Below, piece by piece: positions 1 to 13,784 of a stretch of DNA of 64,000 nucleotides (within the stretch, counting starts at the first letter, position 1; every line of letters begins with the position of its first letter). Under the pieces are notes generated by a model, which was given only the letters and a program-made list of their open reading frames with translations, was not told the origin of the DNA and ran no database searches. Source of the DNA: Eledone cirrhosa. Taxonomy: Eukaryota. Made by a program: the position numbers and the translations under genes. The DNA lies in NCBI GenBank assembly GCA_964016885.1, contig OZ024742.1, positions 49,662,001 through 49,726,000 on the forward strand. Reading direction: 5' to 3'.

Positions 1-292
1 TCAAATTTAATGCTGTATAGTGTGTCTCGATTTGGTTGTTTTGTTTTGTTTGCGTTTGTTGTGGGTTTGTTTCTGTTTCGCATTTTGGTGACTTTTGTGG
101 TGTAGGAGATGGTGGCGTTGGGGTTAATGATGGTGATGGTGTTGGTGTTTGTGGTGATAGGGTTGGTGATGATGGTGTGGATGGTGGCATGTCTGTCCTA
201 ACTTTTTTGTTTGATAGTTTATTTGTTTCCCTCTGTATTTTGTTTTTGGAGGGGGAAGGAAGATAATTTTTTCTTTTTTGGTTTCTTTTTTT

Positions 293-1902
293 CTATTTTC
301 CTGATACCGTTTCTAACTCCTCGTCGTCACAATCTGTCTCCAGTTGTGATAGGCCGGGGAGTGGAAAATCCTCCACAGGCGTTAGTTTTGGTTGTGGCGT
401 GGTGGATGGTGTAGGCGCTGGTGCGAGTTCTGGCGCGTTGGGTGGTGGTGGTGGTGTTGGTTTTGCTACTGTTGCTGGGGTTGTTGCTGTTACAGTTGCT
501 TCTGTTGTTGCTGCTACAGTTGTTGCTGCCATCTCTGCTGCTGTTGGTGTTGATGGTTGAGTCACTGGTGTGGGTAGGAGAGGTGACCTCAACCTTTTAG
601 CCTGAGGGCAGAAAGCCCTTAGGTGGGTTCCTTCACCACAAACGACACACCTAGCCTTCTGCCCTCGACAATTACGGTGAGGTGGCTTCCGTCAGTGAGG
701 TCTATTACCTCTGGGATCTCCTCAATGCTTTTTTTGGTCCGCTTGGATCAGGAGCTCCATCCCAGATCCAGACCATTTCTCCTGCTTTTCTTTCGCTATT
801 TCTATTATCTTGGTGTTAGCGTCGATGCCGGCGAGGACGGCAGCTATTAGCCAGGGAATTTCGATGGCCGGTGGAACGTTGGTCACCCTGATTTTTACGA
901 TTCTTTGGCCACAATAGCTTGGGACGAGTGTGAAGTCGTCACTTCTTAATGGGGCCATGGAGTGATCTCTAGCCTGGTGTTTCAAAGAACACGTCCACGG
1001 TTCCATACTTCTGCCCACGTCTGATGTGGGTTTTTTTTCCTACACATGTCTCAAAGCTTTTGTGATTTTTGGACTCGGATGCCCGTTCCACTCGGCGTGA
1101 TTTTACATTAATTGTTCGATAAGACACGCTGCATAGGCGCCGATGCTCCATTTTATTAGGTGTGGGGGGGGGGGGGGGGCTGACCCTGTACCAATCTTTC
1201 TTTACCATTTTTTTGGCTTCTTCCAATTCCTCCTGAGTTACCTGAAATGCTTCGCACTGTTTTGCTACTCTGGCAAAACTCAGGGGGGTTTTCTTAATGT
1301 CATTGTTGCTGTTGTTGTTATCGTTATTTTTGTTAATATTAATTTTAGTTTCAGTTGTGGTGGTGGTGGCGTCAGTGGTGTTCGGTGTGGAAGAGTTCAT
1401 TTTGGTTGAATTCATTTCGACATCACGAGTTAATTTATTTTTTACTTTTGTTTCTGCTGTCGCGGTGGTGGTGGGGGTGGTGGTTGTCGCGGTGGTGGCG
1501 GCTTTAACACCTGCTGTCATTGGTAATGGCGGGAAATGAATGTCTGCCTGAGACAAATTTAAAATATTGTAACTGCTTATATTTTTAGTGTTGGCAAACG
1601 TAGTAATATTTACAATGGTGGTGTCGGTGTGAGGTGTTAGTTTGTGAGGAAGGCTCTCAGCTGCTTGGTGCAGAGTTGAATCAGCCATGATTTTCTTTTC
1701 AAAGAAATTTTTTGATAATCATAAAAGTTTAAATTTTGGGCACAAGGCCCCAATCTTTTTGGGTGTCCTTTTCAGATAACAATGTATGTGCACTTATATA
1801 CAGTTAACAATACAAAAATTTCCATAAATGGCAATTTTAAATAACTGAAAATAATAAACCTTTGCGGAGCTCACGATGATACGATTTACTACGTAGGTCG
1901 CC
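293..1902 (-). mobile_element. 5' part of a non-LTR retrotransposon (L1/Tx1-like): 5' UTR plus frameshifted gag-like ORF1 with CCHC zinc knuckle; probably continues past the window start
   Basis: ORF fragments 969-1688, 722-1018 and 293-592 join through frameshifts. Minus-strand 608-649 reads CVVCGEGTHLRAFC (C-x2-C-x4-H-x4-C), in frame with the Pro/Thr-rich ORF 293-592. Clade assignment is inference because ORF2 is not visible. Confidence 0.65.
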
Positions 1903-1926
1903 AATAATAATAATAATAATAATAAT

Positions 1927-4127
1927 AATTACAGACCGATAATTTGCTTGACCACAATGTATAAAATTTTAACATCAGTCCTAAGTGAATATACATATAA
2001 CCATCTGATAACAAATGACCTATTTCCCATTGAGCAGAAAGGGTGTAAACGAGGCTCATATGGCTGTAAGGATCAGCTTTTCGTTAACAAAATGATACTG
2101 GAAGATTGTCATAATAGACACAAAAATCTATCAATTGCTTGGGTAGATTATAAAAAAGCATTCGATAGTTTGCCACACAGTTAGATTGAAAAATGTTTAG
2201 AGATTTTCAAAATATCTCCCGTTGTCAGGAGGTTTTTGTCATTCAGTATGAGGACATGGAAAACGACACTCCTTTTGAATAGTGAAACAAAATCACTGGA
2301 AGCTGGAGAAGTTAATATTAATTGTGGAATTTTTCAGGGTGACTCTTTATCACCGCTTTTATTCTGCATCACACTTATACCATTAAGTAAAATGCTCAAT
2401 GAAACAAAACATGGATATAAAGTCTATGACAAAACCATTAATCCCTTGTTCTACATGGATGACCTGAAACTATTTGCAAAAAATGATGAATAATTGCAAG
2501 GGCTATTATCCACTGTGGAGCAGTTCAGTGATGACATTAAAATGGAGTTTGGACTAGATAAATGCGCCAAAACAACGTTCACCAGAGGAAAGCTGCTGAA
2601 AATTTCAGACATTAATCTTGATCGGAGGAATGTGATAAGAGAACTTGATCAAGAGAAAACTTACAAATATCTAGGTGTTTGTGAAGGAGACGTAATCAAG
2701 CACTCGACAATGAGGGAAAAGATAAGGAAGTAATGTTACCGCAGAGGAAGAGCAATCTTAAGAACGGAATTGAATGCAAGGAATAGGATCGTCGCCATAA
2801 ACACGCTTGCCATACCAGTAGTAACCTACAGTTACAATGTCATCAAGTGGTCATGCACAGAGATCCGTAGGCTCGATACAAAAATTAGAAAATTCTTAAC
2901 CATGCACAGAATGCATCACCCTAAGGCAGATACAGATAGGATATATCTCCCTAGGAAAGAAGGAGGACGTGGGTTAATCCAGTTAGATTTTGCGTTGAAA
3001 ACTGCAACAATTGGATTATCTACATATCTAAGGGAATCACATGATTGGATGATCAAACTCGTTTTGAAACACAAAAGCATCAAAAGATCATACTCCATTA
3101 CAAAAGATGCACAAAGATACAGTAATGGACTACAAATTTCAGAAGTCCCATTTACTGCTGAAATGGAAAACACAGAAAAAGCAAAGCAGGTAAAAGTAAC
3201 TGCAAAGAAAGAACTGCTACAGAAAAGACTGGCAAGAAAAGACTGTATGGAAAATACCCAGAGCGAGCTAACAATCCTGATGTTGACAAAACTTTAACCC
3301 ATCAGTGGTTGGCATCCTCTGGACTGGAGACTGAAGGACTGAGTATATCAGCACAAGATCAGTGTCTGCAAACAAAAAATTACCAAGTCAACATAATAAA
3401 TATTGTATGCAGCCCAGTATGCCGTGTATGTAAAAAACAACCAGAGACCATTGATCATATAATTTCAATGTGCAGTCCTATAGCTCCAACCGAATACCTA
3501 AACAGGCATGACAGAGCTGCACAATACATACATTGGATAATGTGTAAGCATTTTGACCTGCCCCATCAAAAGAATTGGTGGGAGCATCGACCACCTCCCA
3601 TACTTGAAAAAGATCACATCTCAATCTTGTGGAACTTTAGCATCCAAACAGACCGAAAAATAGATGCAAATAGGCAAATAGACCTGATATAATATTGAAG
3701 GACTTTAAAAAGAGGGTATGCCTGCTAATTGATATGTCTGTTCCAATAGACAAGATTGTATCTATAAAAACATTTGAAAAATTGAGAAAATATAAGGACC
3801 TGGAGATAGAAATTGGAAAAATGTGGAAATTGAGAACTAAAACAATACCAGTGGTTGTAGACGCTCTAGGAATGATACCTAAGGGGTCTAATGATTACTT
3901 ATCGCAAATCCCAGGAAACCCGCGTATAGGAGAAATACAAAAGATAGTACTAATGGGAAATACCCATATACTAAGGAAGATTCTGTCAATATAAGTACAT
4001 CACATAAAGATGCATGTGTGAGTATGTATGTTCTTTCTTGAACATGGCGGACCTTGTTGTCTCTTGAGGTCACTGGTTGTGACTTGGTGATAACTCGTAT
4101 CAACATAAAGCAAGATAAATGCAGCTG
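1927..4127 (+). mobile_element. 5'-truncated, degenerate R4/Dong-clade LINE (RT, CCHC, restriction-like endonuclease)
   Basis: RT motifs NYRPI, WVDYKKAFDS, GIFQGDSLSPLLF, YMDDLKLF, MEFGLDKC and YKYLG lie in one frame broken by stops (2182, 2491, 2731). Then LPRKEGGRGL, CRVCKKQPETIDHIISMC and the RLE motif IDMSVP...EKLRKYKDL. Flanked by (AAT)n at 1903-1929 and 4128-4151. Confidence 0.92.
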
Positions 4128-4151
4128 TAATAATAATAATAATAATAATAA

Positions 4152-5159
4152 GAGGTCTTATCAGCATAGAGGACTGTGTTCAGATGGAGAAAAACAACCT
4201 GCACAAATATGTGACTGACAGTAGGGAGCCAATGCTCAAAATTATACTGAAGGAGAAGACAATAGACCAGGGGATGTCCAAGGAGGAAATAACAACAAGG
4301 AAAGAGCAACCTTCATGAAAAATCGCTTCATAGCACCTTCTTTAAGAAAACTGAATTTAGATATAAACAGACATAGAACTGGTTAAAAAGAAGAGTCATT
4401 AAAAAAACTACAGAAGGAATGTTAATGCTGTGCAAGAGCAAGCTCTCAGAACGAAGTGGGTGAAACGCCATATTGATAAGGAGGAGGATAGCTTACTGTG
4501 TAGGATCTGTGGAGAGAGAGAGAGAGAGGAGACTGTGGCTCACATTGTATCCGAGTGTAAACACCTAGCCCAGACTCACTATAAAGGCTGGAGACATGAT
4601 GTGATAGGTAGGGTGATCCACTGGCATCTATGCAAAGTAAACAATTTACCACATTCTGAGAAGTGGTATGAGCATAAGCCAGAGTCGGTGATAGAAAACT
4701 ATCAGGTGAAGGTGCTATGGGATTTTAGGATACAGACGGACAAGAAATTAGAACACGATAGGCCTGACGTGCTGGTTTTGGACAAGGAAAAAAGGTTGTG
4801 TCTGATTGTAGATGTAGCCTGCCCATTTGATACGAGAGTGCAAGAAAAGGAGAGGGAGAAAATTAACCGATACCAGGACTTAAAAAGATTTGGAACTGCC
4901 ATGAAAGCAAGGTCGTCCCGATTGTCATATGCGCACTAGGTACTATCTCAGAGAGTTTCCGAGGATGGTTAAAGAAGATTAGTCCAGCCCTGCTTTTTGG
5001 AACACTTCAAAAGGCATGCTTGCTGGGAACAGCAAGAACCCTGCGATACATCCTGAATATCTGAGGCTGCAGGTAGTGGCTTGATATTCATTTCAACAAA
5101 TTTTCCAGTTAAATAACATCAATGACTGAGACTCAAAGAATAATAATAATAATAATAAT
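4152..5159 (+). mobile_element. Second, divergent 5'-truncated R4/Dong LINE (C-terminal CCHC and RLE, 3' UTR, (AAT)n tail)
   Basis: ORF 4430-4939: QEQALRT, CRICGE...ETVAHIVSEC, RHD, LWDFRIQTD, RPDVLVLD, IVDVACP, EKINRYQDL. Ends in (AAT)n at 5139-5159. Confidence 0.9.
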
Positions 5160-6011
5160 GGTCTCTAACTCATGTACATTATCACACCTATTATAGGAGA
5201 AAACATTCAGTCAGATTTATTCAGTACTCGATTGGTACTTATTCCATTGACTCAGGAATGCTGACAACATTGACCTCAACAGAACTTTAATGTATAATCA
5301 GAATTTTAAGGTATAAAATACTGGAAAGCATTCTGTCCAGTGGTCTACATGTAATGCCATCCATTTGTCTTAATGATTAAATATAACATCAACTCAAGGC
5401 TAGATATATAGTGTATGGAGTGTGACGATTAAATCAGCCCCAGTTGATTTACAGTTATTTATTATATTGATCTCTGAAGAATGTAAGACAAATTTGACAC
5501 TGTTAGATTTTAAATACTGAAGCATGGTGCTCTATTGATCCTGCTATCTGCCACTTGTAATAATACTAATTTCACTTATTAGAAGCTTTAGAATTTCAAA
5601 TATCGGTTTTTCCTTCAATGTAGTTCAAATGATGTTTTAACGCATGCTAGGCTGCAGAGCCAATTTCTATGCAAATGGTAAATATTTCAATCAATAGCAG
5701 TTACAAGGGACACATTACATGAAGGTTTTGTTTTCCAACTCCTTTCTGTTATTACATTCATTTCATTATCGTTAGTTTTACAATAAACAGAAATTGATTA
5801 TAAAATATAAAGTGAATAAATGCCCTAAGTGTAACCAACGTTTGCTTATGAGCAGCATCATCATCATAATCATCACCGTTGACGTACATTTTTCCATGCT
5901 AACTTGGGTAAGGTCAACAGCCTTGTGTATTTCATTGACGATGAACATCAAGCTGCATGTGTCTATTCCTAATACACAGAAATAAAATTCTGCCCTCCAA
6001 ATTGTGTGTAA

Positions 6012-6290
6012 AGGCAGGTGACCTAGTAGTTAGGCTGTTGGACTTACAATCATAATCTTGTAAGTATGATTTCTGGACCAGGTTGTGTTATGTTCTTGAG
6101 TAAAACACTCCATTTCACATTGTTCTAGTACACTCAGCTGAAAATGATTGCCAGAAGTAGCCCGGGGCAGGGGGTTTATCTCTGTAGTGAATTAGCATAT
6201 TGTCCAAGGGGCAGTCTTGTCCTCTCAGTTGCTTAATGCTAAGGAATCTAGGATAAGCACTGGCCTAATAAGCCTAAGACAGACTTTAAA
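6012..6290 (+). mobile_element. Degenerate tRNA-derived SINE (same central domain as 19625-19860 and 39506-39650)
   Basis: Decayed A/B-box head followed by tgttcttgagtaaaacactccatttcacattgttctagtacactcagctgaaaatga, shared with the other copies. Confidence 0.6.
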
Positions 6291-7675
6291 CTTGTCCAAA
6301 ATGTGTGATATTCACTATAGATAGGTGTATGTGTCACTGAATATAATTAATTTGTGGCATAATATTACTGATAGAAAGTGTGTATTAAGAAAAATAAAGA
6401 TGCATTATGAACTAGAAGAGATGCTAATATCAGGTTAAGTTGCATATTTAACACTGGTCAAAATAATGTTAAAAAATCAACATCCCAACTGTATCAATTC
6501 AATTATCCACTGTGTGGTTCCAAAAGGGATCAAAGAGAAAATAAATGGTAGATAACTAACTGAAAGATTATTATGGAAACTTTTATTGATATTCCATTTT
6601 AGACATCTTCTTTATGTCATCTATACCAGCTGTGAATGTTTGATTGTGGACCAACAAAATGAATGTGTCATAATCTCAATACTAAACTACATAACTGCCG
6701 CAATCAATATATTTGTGTCCCTGCATAATGTCTCCATTGAATAGAAATTAGCAAAACACTATGTTGATGATGGTAATGATAACATTCTTGACATCAGTAA
6801 TATTTTTAATATAAAACCACATAGATTAAAGTATTCAGTATCAATCTGTGCTACTTCAATCCTTTCTCTACCCTTTGAGAAGACATGAGATAAAATCATG
6901 GCTTAATTAAAAATAATTTTACTAATTTTCGATACTAGCTTTATCAATTTGATTTCTGTTTTCAAACTAAAAAGACGTGACAGCAATTAATTTATTGTAG
7001 TAATTACTGTCTTATTTTTATGTTTTTGCTTCATAAAAAAAAAGAAAAGCATTAAGCTAATAGATCATGTGAAACATGACATTTTGTACAAACAACTTCT
7101 CTTTGATCATAATGGAAACTAGAAAAATGGAAAATTCTTGCTGAAAATTGGATTTGATGCGATATAAATTTAAAAATGTTTTAGTTAATAGACCAATTGT
7201 TAGGTCTTTAAATAAGAAATAAGGTTACTGGGAGTCAAATATCTTACTCATGGGAATAGAATATTAATGAGGATGTTATTGGTAACAACAACACTGATAG
7301 GACAATTTACAACTTCAGAAATAGTAAGAAATAGTTCAACCCATGCATGGAAAGAAACAGGCATAAAACGATGATGATGATTCATACATATTTTCCTACT
7401 CAAAGTTTGAAATTTATTTCATTCACTTCTCTTAATGAAAAATTTTAATTTGTAGAAATCTTTTATCGGTTAGAATAATAATAATAATATAATATTTTAC
7501 ATTTTTTTTTAATGTATTCTTATTTAAGTGTCATGCTGAAGATGTTTGACCAATATCTATTCTGATATAATAATACCATCTGGGATTTGGAATAGTTCAA
7601 CTAAATGTACTTGGTACCACTATTCTATGTTTAGAATGGTAAGCCATTTTGGCATGAAGGTTTGAAATGGAAGAT

Positions 7676-7920
7676 TATGTAATTAAGAGATTAAGCTTTG
7701 TACTATGAAACAAAATTCAATAATTAAATTGATATAATTAAATACTATGTAGCTAAAAGATTAAGCTGTTCATTATCAAAGGCCATTACATTAATTTATT
7801 GAAATCACACAATAGTGTACAATTAAGAGATTAAAATTCACATTATCAAATGGACTTTGAATTAATAATCATACTACACACCATCAAATACTATTTAATT
7901 AGAAAATTAAATGTTAAATG
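7676..7920. repeat. Degenerate minisatellite, about 70-75 bp period, 3-4 units
   Basis: Recurrent aattaagagattaa...cattatcaaa core near 7681, 7752, 7821 and 7896. Confidence 0.55.
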
Positions 7921-8959
7921 TACATCAGCTTGCAAAATAGAACTTGGTTTAGTTTTAGAAGTCTCTTTTTGACAGCCTTTATCAACAATTAATTATTTGG
8001 CCAACTGCAATTATTCATAACTTTGATCCCTTATTAAAATTAGGAAGAATCCTCTGCTTGCTGATATCAAAATCATTGATCATTTATATAATTTGTTGAA
8101 CATGCATTGTTCTTATTCTATAATAATACACTTCAATGTTTTAGCTTTTAGTTTTATTTGCTTCATTGTAATATTTATGGAATATGATTAAGATGGTGTA
8201 TAATTATTTTCATTAATACTGCTATGAACAGAATATTTGATTCTTTGCATTGTCCAATTTTTTAAGCCCTTAAAACAATTCATTCTCAGTAGTTATAGAA
8301 GCTGCTCTTCATTTGTTGCTCTATTTGCTTGATGAAATATCTTTAGCTAATAAGAGATTGGTGTCAATTAAATAAGAAAAAAATTCTTCATTCCAAGTTT
8401 GTTTCATAAGAAATGATGTCAAAACAATTAGTCATTTCTTTAGTAGGAAAAGATAGCCTAACTTTTCTTTAAATATCATGTTCATTGAAAGAAAGAAAAT
8501 TTACGCAAATTAACTTAAAGCCACATTTATGGAAAGTATTCAAAATTACTATTTTACTTTCAAAATGATTTTCTCTTCATCAGATGTTAATATCAAATAC
8601 AACAGGGATTGAGGAAAGAACTGTTAGTTAGGAATAATTCTTTATAATTTTGTGATTGGTTAATAAAACAGGTGTTCAGGCAGTTTTGTATCAAAATAGT
8701 TAAACCTTTTTACCTGCTTAGTAGAGAAAATTGGATGACTGGATTGCCATGATGATGATGATAATAATGAATGCGTGAACTCCTCACTCCTAATGGAGTC
8801 ATAGTGATAACCTCATCGTGACATATGGCATGTTAAGGGTACCTAAAATCTAGCAGGTCTGAACACAGCAGATTTCTTCCAGAGAAGAGGATAGTGGGTG
8901 CAAAAGAGAGAGAAAGAAAGTGAAAAGCTGCCATGGAGGAAGAATAGACCTCAGTAATA

Positions 8960-9255
8960 AACTAATAATTTCTATATCGACCTTGAAAGGATGAAAGGCA
9001 ACATTGTTCTTTAGCATGATTTGAACTCAGAGAGCCCAGAAGATCAGAATAAATATCACAAAGCATTTTCTCTGACATCCTAACCTCTGCCAATCTACCA
9101 CCTCAATGCTAATAATAGTTTCTGATTTAGGCAAAATGCAAACAATTTTGAGGGAGGGGAATGTTGATTAACTTAACCCCAATTGGTACTTTATTTTATC
9201 AATCCCATAAGGATGAATGGCAAAGTCAACTTTTGCAGGATTAGAACCCAGATGA
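8960..9255 (-). mobile_element. Two adjacent degenerate Nin/Deu-domain-like SINE copies
   Basis: Both contain ggtactttattttatc...aaggatgaaaggcaaagt...gatttgaactcag, the reverse complement of the family core seen at 12927-13146. Confidence 0.65.
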
Positions 9256-11212
9256 TAGTAATGGCAACTATTCTTTTTATCATATATCATTGATTATGTC
9301 TTTCCTTCTTTTCTTTTCTTTTTTTCATCACATACATATAATTTGATAACATGGCTGTGATTCTTTAAAAAGAAACTTAGATAATTGATATGGCTTGAAT
9401 ATAAGTTAGTTGGAAGAAATTACCTAACAATTGATTACATAATTTCCTATTTTGTAGAGTTTCTCTTGTTGAATTTCTAGCTATTATATTTTTTGTTGCT
9501 GTTGCTTGTCAAAGAATTAACAACTGGCTGTGATGCTAGTTTGCTGAAACATTATCAAGGCCATGGCCGTGAGCAGCATATAAAAAAAAACACAACCAAC
9601 TAACCAACCACCAGGTCATCATAACAACAAGAGAAGGAAAAGTAGCCATAATATTAATGATGTATCAATTCCCATGTGCAAACGTGGGAAAATAATCCAT
9701 AATGTAGACAAATTCCTCTGAATTATTAAAGCTGTTGCTATTGGCTATATCCATACAGGTACTTTACTGTGACTGCATTCATTTCTGTGAATATGCATAT
9801 AAAAATGTGTGTGCATTCATTTGCATTCAAGTATTTTAATAGTTATGGCCAAAGGCAACATCTAAATAATTCCTAAGAATTTTTGTCTTTACTTCTCTGC
9901 GTGATATTTACAAGTGTTTTCCATATATATTTTATTTCCTCATCTCAGCAATAGCGATAGTTGTGATGATGATAGTAACAATTCTAGCATTGTTGTAATA
10001 GACAATATGAACATTGCTATCTTCTGATTCTTCATCCATCCTACTCATAAAACATTGGATGTAACAGCACTTAGAGATTCTCCATCAATCCCACCATTTC
10101 TTTTCATGTGTAGAGAATATCTAGGTGTAGGTGTATTAGTATGTCCGTGTAATTGAAAATAAAATATTGATTGCATTTGTCATATGTTGGATGATGATGA
10201 TGATGCACATGTCTCTGTGTGTTTCTTTGTAGCAAGTTGGGGATTTCTATCAGTTACAACATCTTGTCTATTATCTTTGTAAACACTTAGGATGTTTGTA
10301 TATAATGTTTGTATTAGAGGTATATATGAAGGCATAAAAAACACATATTAGTCTTGTTACGAGGGTATTGAACCTTGAACATGTCACATCTACCTCAGTA
10401 GCTGAGTGAGAATGACAGGCAAAAGTGTTCCAGAATTTTTTATCCAATATCAGTCATGTTTATTCACTCTGAATTGAGATTAAAATAAGCTATAACTAAT
10501 ATACTTTGTGTATATATATAAATATATCTTTTGCATACACACCTGCTGGAAAAGTTCACTCACATATAGTGAATGCTTAATTTTACTGGAATTAATTATC
10601 CTTGCAACTAACATATTTTGGTTCATATGAAGACATATACAATATTATATATATACATAAATGAATGATATATATATATGGAATTGTAAAAGAAAGATGG
10701 TCAATAATGCAACAGCAATATTAATAAAGAATATATAGTTAAGTATACTTTGCAATTATTTGGTCCCAGGTCAATCCCATTGTGTGATATCTTGAATAAA
10801 TGTCATTTACCATACTGATTTGACACATACCTTGTGAGTGAAATTGGTGAGACAAAAACTGTTTGGAAGCCATCAAATGAAATGTACCTGTAATTCAAGA
10901 GGTCAGCATCATTATACACTGAGTCATGCTGAATCTACCTGAGAATTACGTTAAGGGTAAGCATGCCTGTGGAATGCTCAAGCACTTACATGTTAATTTC
11001 ATGAGTAGGCTGGTTCATCAATCAATCAATATATAATTAATTATCAAATTTCTGTAATAGTTCTGCAATATAAATACATCAAATATTCTCTAAGATTTGT
11101 TACTTAATTATACATTTTTTTTCTGTCTTGTATTATAAAATGTAAATTTGTAAACAATTCAAAATATTAAATATGGAAATTAATCAGTGTATACCCTCTA
11201 CCAATAAATCAG

Positions 11213-11520
11213 TTCTTCTTCTTCTTCTTCTTCTTCTTCTTCTTCTTCTTCTTCTTCTTCTTCTTCTTCTTCTTCTTCTTCTTCTTCTTCTTCTTCTTCT
11301 TCTTCTTCTTCTTCTTCTTCTTCTTCTTCTAAGTGTGTTGAGGAACACAATCTTCACACTCACCTTTCTGAATGTCCTATCAGAGGTTACTCTCATCATA
11401 TGAACCAGCAAGAACAAACAAAGTTATTGATGTTATCCAACCATCCTGCTCAAGGTCTACCTCTGAGTCTCTTGCCAGTTGACTTTGCCCATAAAATCTC
11501 GCTTCCAATTCTTTTGTTTG
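11213..11520 (-). mobile_element. RTE-like LINE 3' remnant ending in a long (AAG)n tail ((CTT)n at 11213-11330)
   Basis: Minus strand reads ILWAKSTGKRLRGRP*AGWLD, the GxRxRGRP..W C-terminal motif of RTE ORF2, just upstream of the perfect trinucleotide repeat. Confidence 0.6.
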
Positions 11521-12199
11521 ACAGTTAAATGATTGAAATAATTACCACTTATAAAATAGTATACACTTGTAAAATATCTGAAATTTTAGGATTGTTTAGT
11601 TGTTCACATCTCTATGCCAGCTTTTGTGAGACAGATTAGTATCTAGTAGTATAATACAGTATATAGGAAGATATTTTTTCAATCTATTATTACCAACTCA
11701 ATAGAAAATATTTAAAGTCTTCCTTCCTTTGACTTGGGTAGTTTGCAGTATCAAGTTTGATCTCATTGTTTTCTTACTTTCATTTATAACCAGATTCTTT
11801 TCAGAAGAGTAAGAATTATTTTAACAGATAGAATAAAATACAATAGAAATTTTTTAGCATTTTTCTAAAAAGTATCGGTATTTCATTTGAAGGAGTTTAT
11901 CAGTGAAAATATTAAAAAAAAAACAATATAAAAAAAATTGAAGTGGAAGAGAAAAGAATTGAATAAAGAATTAAGAGTGTTTGTAGTTGAAGCTGTGGCT
12001 TCTGTGATTGGCTGGTTAATAATTCTTTTTATATTGGAATAATACAATATATTCTTACATTCTTGCCTAAGGGTGCCAAAATCTTAAATGGGAATGTAGA
12101 ATGCAAAGTAATCAAGAGCATATCAGCTGAACGTCTGGTATCTTTAGTAACAGCTTCCTTTTTATGATTGCAATCAAATGTGATATATTTCTGTTTATT

Positions 12200-12200
<1 letters not shown>

Positions 12201-12265
<65 letters not shown>

Positions 12266-12315
12266 CACACACACAGACACACACACTCACACACACTCAC
12301 ACACATATATATATA
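12201..12315. repeat. (CA)n microsatellite grading into (TA)n
   Basis: Direct read of the sequence. Confidence 0.95.
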
Positions 12316-12926
12316 AATACATGCAAACATATATGTACATGGCTGAAGCCAGTAGAAAATTAACTATTATATGTATATGTATGTCTGTGCATGTGTGTAT
12401 GTGTGTAATATATATTGTAGTTTGTAGTGTTGGTGGTGGTAGTAGTATTATCAGTTGAAGCAATGTCGGTTGATCAAATTGACCTTAGTACACTGATGAT
12501 GTTGGTGATGAGGAGGATGACAACAACAATAATGATAATGATGATGGAGATGAAGAAGATGTATACAATGTGTTGTTACTAAAGCACTTTTATTATCAGC
12601 CTCCCCACTCATGGCTGCTCTAGGATTAAATTCCAACATGCACACGAAACGAATTAAACTTACAATATGTCATTTTCTTTCAATTTATGTTATTATTGTT
12701 AATTAAGAAAACAATAGTCAAGTTATAATAATTTAGTCCTTATACTGTCAATTCATCTATCAATCACCCTTATGGAAAATTGAGAAATTTTAAAAATGAT
12801 GATCCTTCCTAACACACATCTCAGCAAATTGAAAACCATGAATTGCCATATAGGTTTTCCTTGTACTGTCCTTATACATACAATGTATATTAAATCTGTC
12901 TAATTCTTGGTATTATCTTACCACAT

Positions 12927-13146
12927 TTAAGGGCGGTGGAGTGGCAGTATTGATAGAGCATCGGACAACATGCTTTGCAGCATAGAGTTACGGCCCTTTA
13001 TAATCTGAGTTCAAATCGCACCAAGGTTAACTTTGCCTTTTATCCTTACAGGGTCGATAAAATAAAGTACCAGTCACACACTGGGGTCGATTTAATTGAC
13101 TTTCCCCTCCCCTAAAAGTGCTGGCCTTGTGCCTATATAAGAAACC
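12927..13146 (+). mobile_element. Full-length tRNA-derived SINE with Nin/Deu-like central domain and 15-bp TSD
   Basis: A-box-like GTGGCAGTATTG, B box GAGTTCAAATC, core ggttaactttgccttttatcc...gggtcgataaaataaagtaccag. TSD ATTATCTTACCACAT at 12912-12926 and 13147-13161. Confidence 0.85.
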
Positions 13147-13784
13147 ATTATCTTACCACATATATTTTGATTCTCCTCTTCCCCTAACACTATTATCTTT
13201 GCCTTCTATTGATAGTATCTGCAAAGCACCAATATCATCATGCAACAAAGAGAATAAATGACATACATCAACGTTGTCAAACCTCAAACTAACCTTTTCA
13301 TTTAAACTAAAATAAATACTAAAACTCTAAACATTTCAATTTTGATGTTTTCATTAAAATGTAGCCTTTATAGTCCATACTTAAAGCATCTATAAACTAT
13401 TACTAAAAATAAAGTTTATCTTGTTCTCACCTTTATTTCAAGTTTCTATCTTTAAATGCATTCAGTTTTCTCACATCCAGTCAAAATGACATACATGAAC
13501 AGTAAATACTAGTGTTGATGTTGTTTTTATTGTTGAATCATATTTGTATTGTTGTTGACTACTTTTACAATTTTATTCATGCTGTGTGTTTGTCATAGCT
13601 GCTATGTTTTAGTGCAATTAATAATAATTATTTTTTGTGTGTGTTAAGCTGGAAGAGTCTGGTTGCATCAGATCATCGTTGTTTTGTGTAAGTGAAGAGA
13701 GTGTGATTATAAGGAGATTTAGCTGTGATTTCTGGCACATCAAAAAACCTCATTGAAGCCTCATCATGCTACTATTAATAGTAA

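Noticed and set aside
9481-9720. Apparent signal-peptide exon (LLYFLLLLLVKELTTGC) that could belong to the Ig gene
   Set aside because: All frames close quickly with no good donor site, and the downstream part reads like a decayed Dong endonuclease (VIIT..K.AII..DVSIP).
11173-11417. Poly-Leu and poly-Arg ORFs
   Set aside because: Produced by the (CTT)n repeat.
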